Origin: Tubulanus polymorphus
Lineage: Eukaryota; Animalia; Nemertea
DNA: 64,000 bases
Reading direction: 5' to 3'
Assembly (NCBI RefSeq): GCF_964204645.1
Contig: NC_134035.1
Span: 3,968,001 to 4,032,000, forward strand
Each line of letters starts with the position of its first letter. Positions within the stretch are counted from its first letter, which is position 1. Below the pieces are notes generated by a model. That model was not told the DNA's origin and ran no database searches. It saw nothing but the letters and a program-made list of their open reading frames with translations. Below are positions 1 through 64,000 of the stretch, piece by piece. Made by a program: the position numbers and the translations under genes.

Positions 1-332
1 TATACATCAAAAGTATTAGTCTTTTGAATAAGTCGACAGTGACGCCGGCAAACGAATGCTTTGCATCGGGACTGCTGGAAAAAAGGTTGGATCGACTATA
101 AAGGAATATTCGCGCGCGTCAAAATGTCTTGACATTCACCGCGCCTGACATTCAAGTTTTACTAGTAAAAAAAAAACAAACTATATACACATCGAGTGAA
201 TTCAGACGACATTTTGTGGGTTTAATTTCGAATCGGATCATTCCCATCGTTCGCGTTTCTGATGAATTCGCAAATGCGATATGAAATTCGCGAGAAAATT
301 AAAATCTTCTTTTCAACCAAGATCGTAAACTC

Positions 333-610
333 GGGGGTGGATCTAGCCTAGGTTAGCCTGTCGATTTTGATGGAACATTTGGAATTTCTACAGCTCTGAG
401 ACGCAATCCGAACACATTTTTGGGCATCTATCCTTCTATATCCATCCGCAAAATATGGAATTTTGACGAAAGAAGACTCGTAAAAGAATATTGAGAAGTT
501 TACTAATTTCGATTATTCAAATTTCGACCATTCTAATTACTTCTACCGGAGCTTGAATATTAATAGAGCACTTACAAACGTGAAGTAGCGATAGGCTGGA
601 TCCGCCCCTG
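333..610. mobile_element. MITE-like element with GGGG(c/t)GGATC(c/t)AGCCTA TIRs
   Basis: ggggtggatctagccta ... taggctggatccgcccc. Related ends occur at ~2040-2315 and ~57934. Confidence 0.6.
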
Positions 611-835
611 ATAGCCTGTAAACACGCTTCAGAAGTGTTTATTACCTGATTAGAGTGTAGGTGGGCGTGTAGCTAAAAGCTAACGCGTGATATTTCAATT
701 ACGCGAAAGTCCAAAAGCACGTGGCAGTTGGTTAAACCACACCTAAAAGGAATGCGGGGTTATCTGGAGCCTACGTATCCAAGGTCAACTCATCTTTGAT
801 CCGAGCATTTGGTTAAGTAGTTCCAGGACAAATCC

Positions 836-1230
836 AAGTCATCCAGTCGCCCAGTCATCCACAGTCGCCCAGTCATCCAGTCGTACAGTCATCCAGTCAC
901 CCAGTCGACCAGTCATCCACAGTCGTCCAGTCAACCAGTCATCCAGTCACCCAGTCATCCAGTCGACCAGTCATCCACAGTCGTCCAGTCAACCAATAGT
1001 TCAGTCACCCAGTCGTCCAGTCACTCATTCAACCAGTCGTTCAGTCACCCAGTCATCCAGTCACCAAGTCATCCAGTCACCCATCATCCACTCACCCGGT
1101 CAACCAGTCGTTCAGCCACCCGGTCAACCAGTCGGTCAGTCACCCAGTCATCCAGTCACCCAGTCAACCAGTCATCCAGTCATCCAGTCAATCGGTCAAC
1201 CAGTCGTTCAATAATCCAGTCAACCAGTCG
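836..1230. repeat. Degenerate 8-bp tandem repeat (CCAGTCAN / CCAGTCGN)
   Basis: Roughly 45-50 variant units such as ccagtcat, ccagtcac, ccagtcaa, ccagtcgt. Confidence 0.9.
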
Positions 1231-3049
1231 GCCTTTATACTTTGTCAACCACCTATCTACAGTCGGCGCGAGTCGCTTCCAACGTATGGAATATGCCTAT
1301 ACACCATTCCTTGCACTAGGACCCCGTATTCTTACGCTTGGGCCCGATCGTCCTTCATTTACTTGCAACGTAAAATAGCTTTATGTCTAAATATACACAT
1401 CATATTCGTGAACATGGGCGTCTCTTCTAAATCTTCGTATATATATTTATATATATACATACACATAAGCATGTTTTAGGACCTTGAAGCGTCGGATGAA
1501 ATAATCAAATATCAATAAGTTATCTCTCCGTTTAGATTAAATCTTTTCGTTAACCGTTTATGAAGTCGCGTTCGAATGTTACATAAAACGATCTTAAATT
1601 GATGAGAAAATCAATTTGCGAAACATCACCGTTAAAAATGGCGTGTTTCTCACTCATGATTATGTATACACCCGGCTCTCGCACCAGCGAAAACGATTTA
1701 GAAACCGCGGCTGTGATCTGAAAGCTCAGCATGTTCGCTAGATGATTTTGCAATGAATTTGATAATCAGAAAGTTATTAAGTATACGTTTCGAAAAACAG
1801 TTCACGTTTAGGTTAGTCCCTAGGGTTGAGTCTGCGGAGTCTTGCGGGCCCTGTACACGGCCTTCAAATATATTCGGTTTTCCACCTCTGAATGAGCTCT
1901 TCAACTTCACTGCCTTATCATACGGACTTAGATCTTTTGAAGTACGTGTGCGTCACGCAGACTGCTAAGAAAGTGTTTAAGTTTACTTGGACGAACAGTA
2001 AGTTCTCGCTTAAAAAGTTTGGCCCCGAGTTGAGTCTACAGGCGAGGATCCAGTGGTCTTGTGACTCTTAAAATGTTTTCGGTTGCCCTTTCCTCAATTA
2101 ATTCTTCCACCTTTTTACTGATTTATTTATCATACGGGGGATTATGAACTTCTCTTGTATGATCGGTGGGATAAGGAAAAGTTTCCTTCTCGGAGATGCG
2201 TCTCATCCATCCACGAATTTTCGAACGCGACGCCTTGATCGCTGATACACCTTCGAATATGCGTTTTCAATGGTCAATGATGCCCTTTCCGAAGTAGACC
2301 TCGGATCCTCCCATGACGATACCTTCATCTAGAACAGGCGCTTTATAAATGTTTACTATTGTTGTTATCATTAGCACCAAGAAAATCGAGGCCATCCAAA
2401 AAACTGTAGAATTTGATCCGTCTCAGTCAGTTCTTATACGGTTCTAACGATTCTATTCCATTTTGACGAATAAACTTAGAGATGTTAACTACACTCCGTT
2501 TGTGTCAACCGATTAGCCGAATCACCTAACACTGGTTCAAATAAAATTCAGTTTTCATTTTAGTTGTTTGTTCTCAAGCAAACATTTCTGACTTTCGTTT
2601 TAACGTGGGATTCACCTTATATTATTTGAAGCATGTAGACGTATAAACTATAGATACGTCCATATTTGAACTATTAGAACTCGCATATAGGAAACAGAGG
2701 AAACAATTATACCGATGTCTATGAAACAGATTAAAATCAATTTCAATTTTACTAGTATTCAATCGAAACGCCATAAGTCAGATTGAAAATTAATTTACTG
2801 TGTAAAAATATTTTGACACAGATGTTTTTCCCTTGCAGTCGCCGGATACGAGTTGTCGCAATACGTACGTTCACGTTTGACTTCAACGCCGTCGAGTGTA
2901 ACACATTACCTAGCGCCATTTTATTGTTTCATCGAGATTAAATTTGCTAATGGACCCGACGGAATAACTATCCGTTCTCGGGAGACGTAGTGGTGAATTA
3001 ATAACTCCATTCTTTTCATTGTGAGCGTGCGTACGCCGAACGAGCGTCT

Positions 3050-3200
3050 CCGGCAACCAATCGGCGCATGAATTCTTAATGACGCTATTAGTCGCGCAGG
3101 CGCAGTGTAGTACGTTACTCGTCGCGGTGACGCGGGCTGTAGGAACGCGTACTACCACCGCCGTCGTCGTCGTCGCACTTGGCAGTCATCGTGGAACGCG
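3050..3200 (+). promoter_or_regulatory. Putative VGLUT proximal promoter
   Basis: CpG-rich block with CCAAT (3057), CRE half-sites TGACG (~3080, ~3128) and NRF1-like GCGCAGGCGCA (3094-3104), about 150-300 bp upstream of the ATG. Confidence 0.5.
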
Positions 3201-3305
3201 CACCTGACCCGCAGTATCATCGCGTGGATGTATCCTGACATTTCGGGGAATATCTTACTAACGATTCTTCTCACTCGACACTTCTGATTGATACATCGTG
3301 AAACA

Positions 3306-3339
3306 CAACAACAACAACAACAACAGCAGCAGCAACAGC
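3306..3339 (+). repeat. (CAA)n/(CAG)n tract immediately upstream of the start codon
   Basis: caacaacaacaacaacaacagcagcagcaacagc. Confidence 0.9.
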
Positions 3340-3345
3340 GAAAAA

Positions 3346-63783
<60,438 letters not shown>

Positions 63784-63830
63784 CAGGAGGAAACCGCTTT
63801 CTAGGCAATTTATATATTAGTCGAAATATG

Positions 63831-63836
63831 AATAAA
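63831..63836 (+). terminator. Candidate poly(A) signal AATAAA
   Basis: AATAAA 48 nt after the stop codon. The real 3' end may lie further downstream, outside the window. Confidence 0.35.
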
Positions 63837-64000
63837 CTCATCGTCGTTTTTAGATACGAAAATATGATCAAGTCGCGCGCGGCGTAACGACCGGACGTAA
63901 ACGAATACCCGCCGTTACCTATATACCGGATCGCATGGGGCGTCGTCATTCCGCGTTATACGCGCGACGGACGATGCGATTTCGTTTCGATGCAAGAAGA

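Noticed and set aside
250-300. CTGATGA...GAAATTC hammerhead-like string
   Set aside because: Stem I cannot form next to the core and stem II is poorly closed; likely chance.

Overview
This is eukaryotic (invertebrate animal) genomic DNA, almost entirely occupied by one + strand gene: a 12-exon vesicular glutamate transporter (VGLUT; SLC17A6/7/8, VGlut, eat-4 family). I assembled it by hand from GT-AG splice sites. A short coding exon 1 (3346-3434) is followed by a 52,064-bp intron 1, and exons 2-12 lie at 55499-63783. All phases are compatible, giving a 1749-nt CDS (582 aa). Apart from ORFs that overlap these exons, I recognise no protein in the ORF track. The introns hold microsatellites, tandem repeats, several MITE-like palindromic families and fold-back hairpins. 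The most notable content is a dispersed element family carrying minimal type I hammerhead ribozyme motifs (Penelope/retrozyme-like). It includes a sense-strand tandem pair 165 nt apart in intron 10, each copy followed by AATAAA. The protein has Lys at the conserved TM4 Arg position. Coordinates were counted by hand, so repeat boundaries are approximate. No database searches or RNA folding were run.
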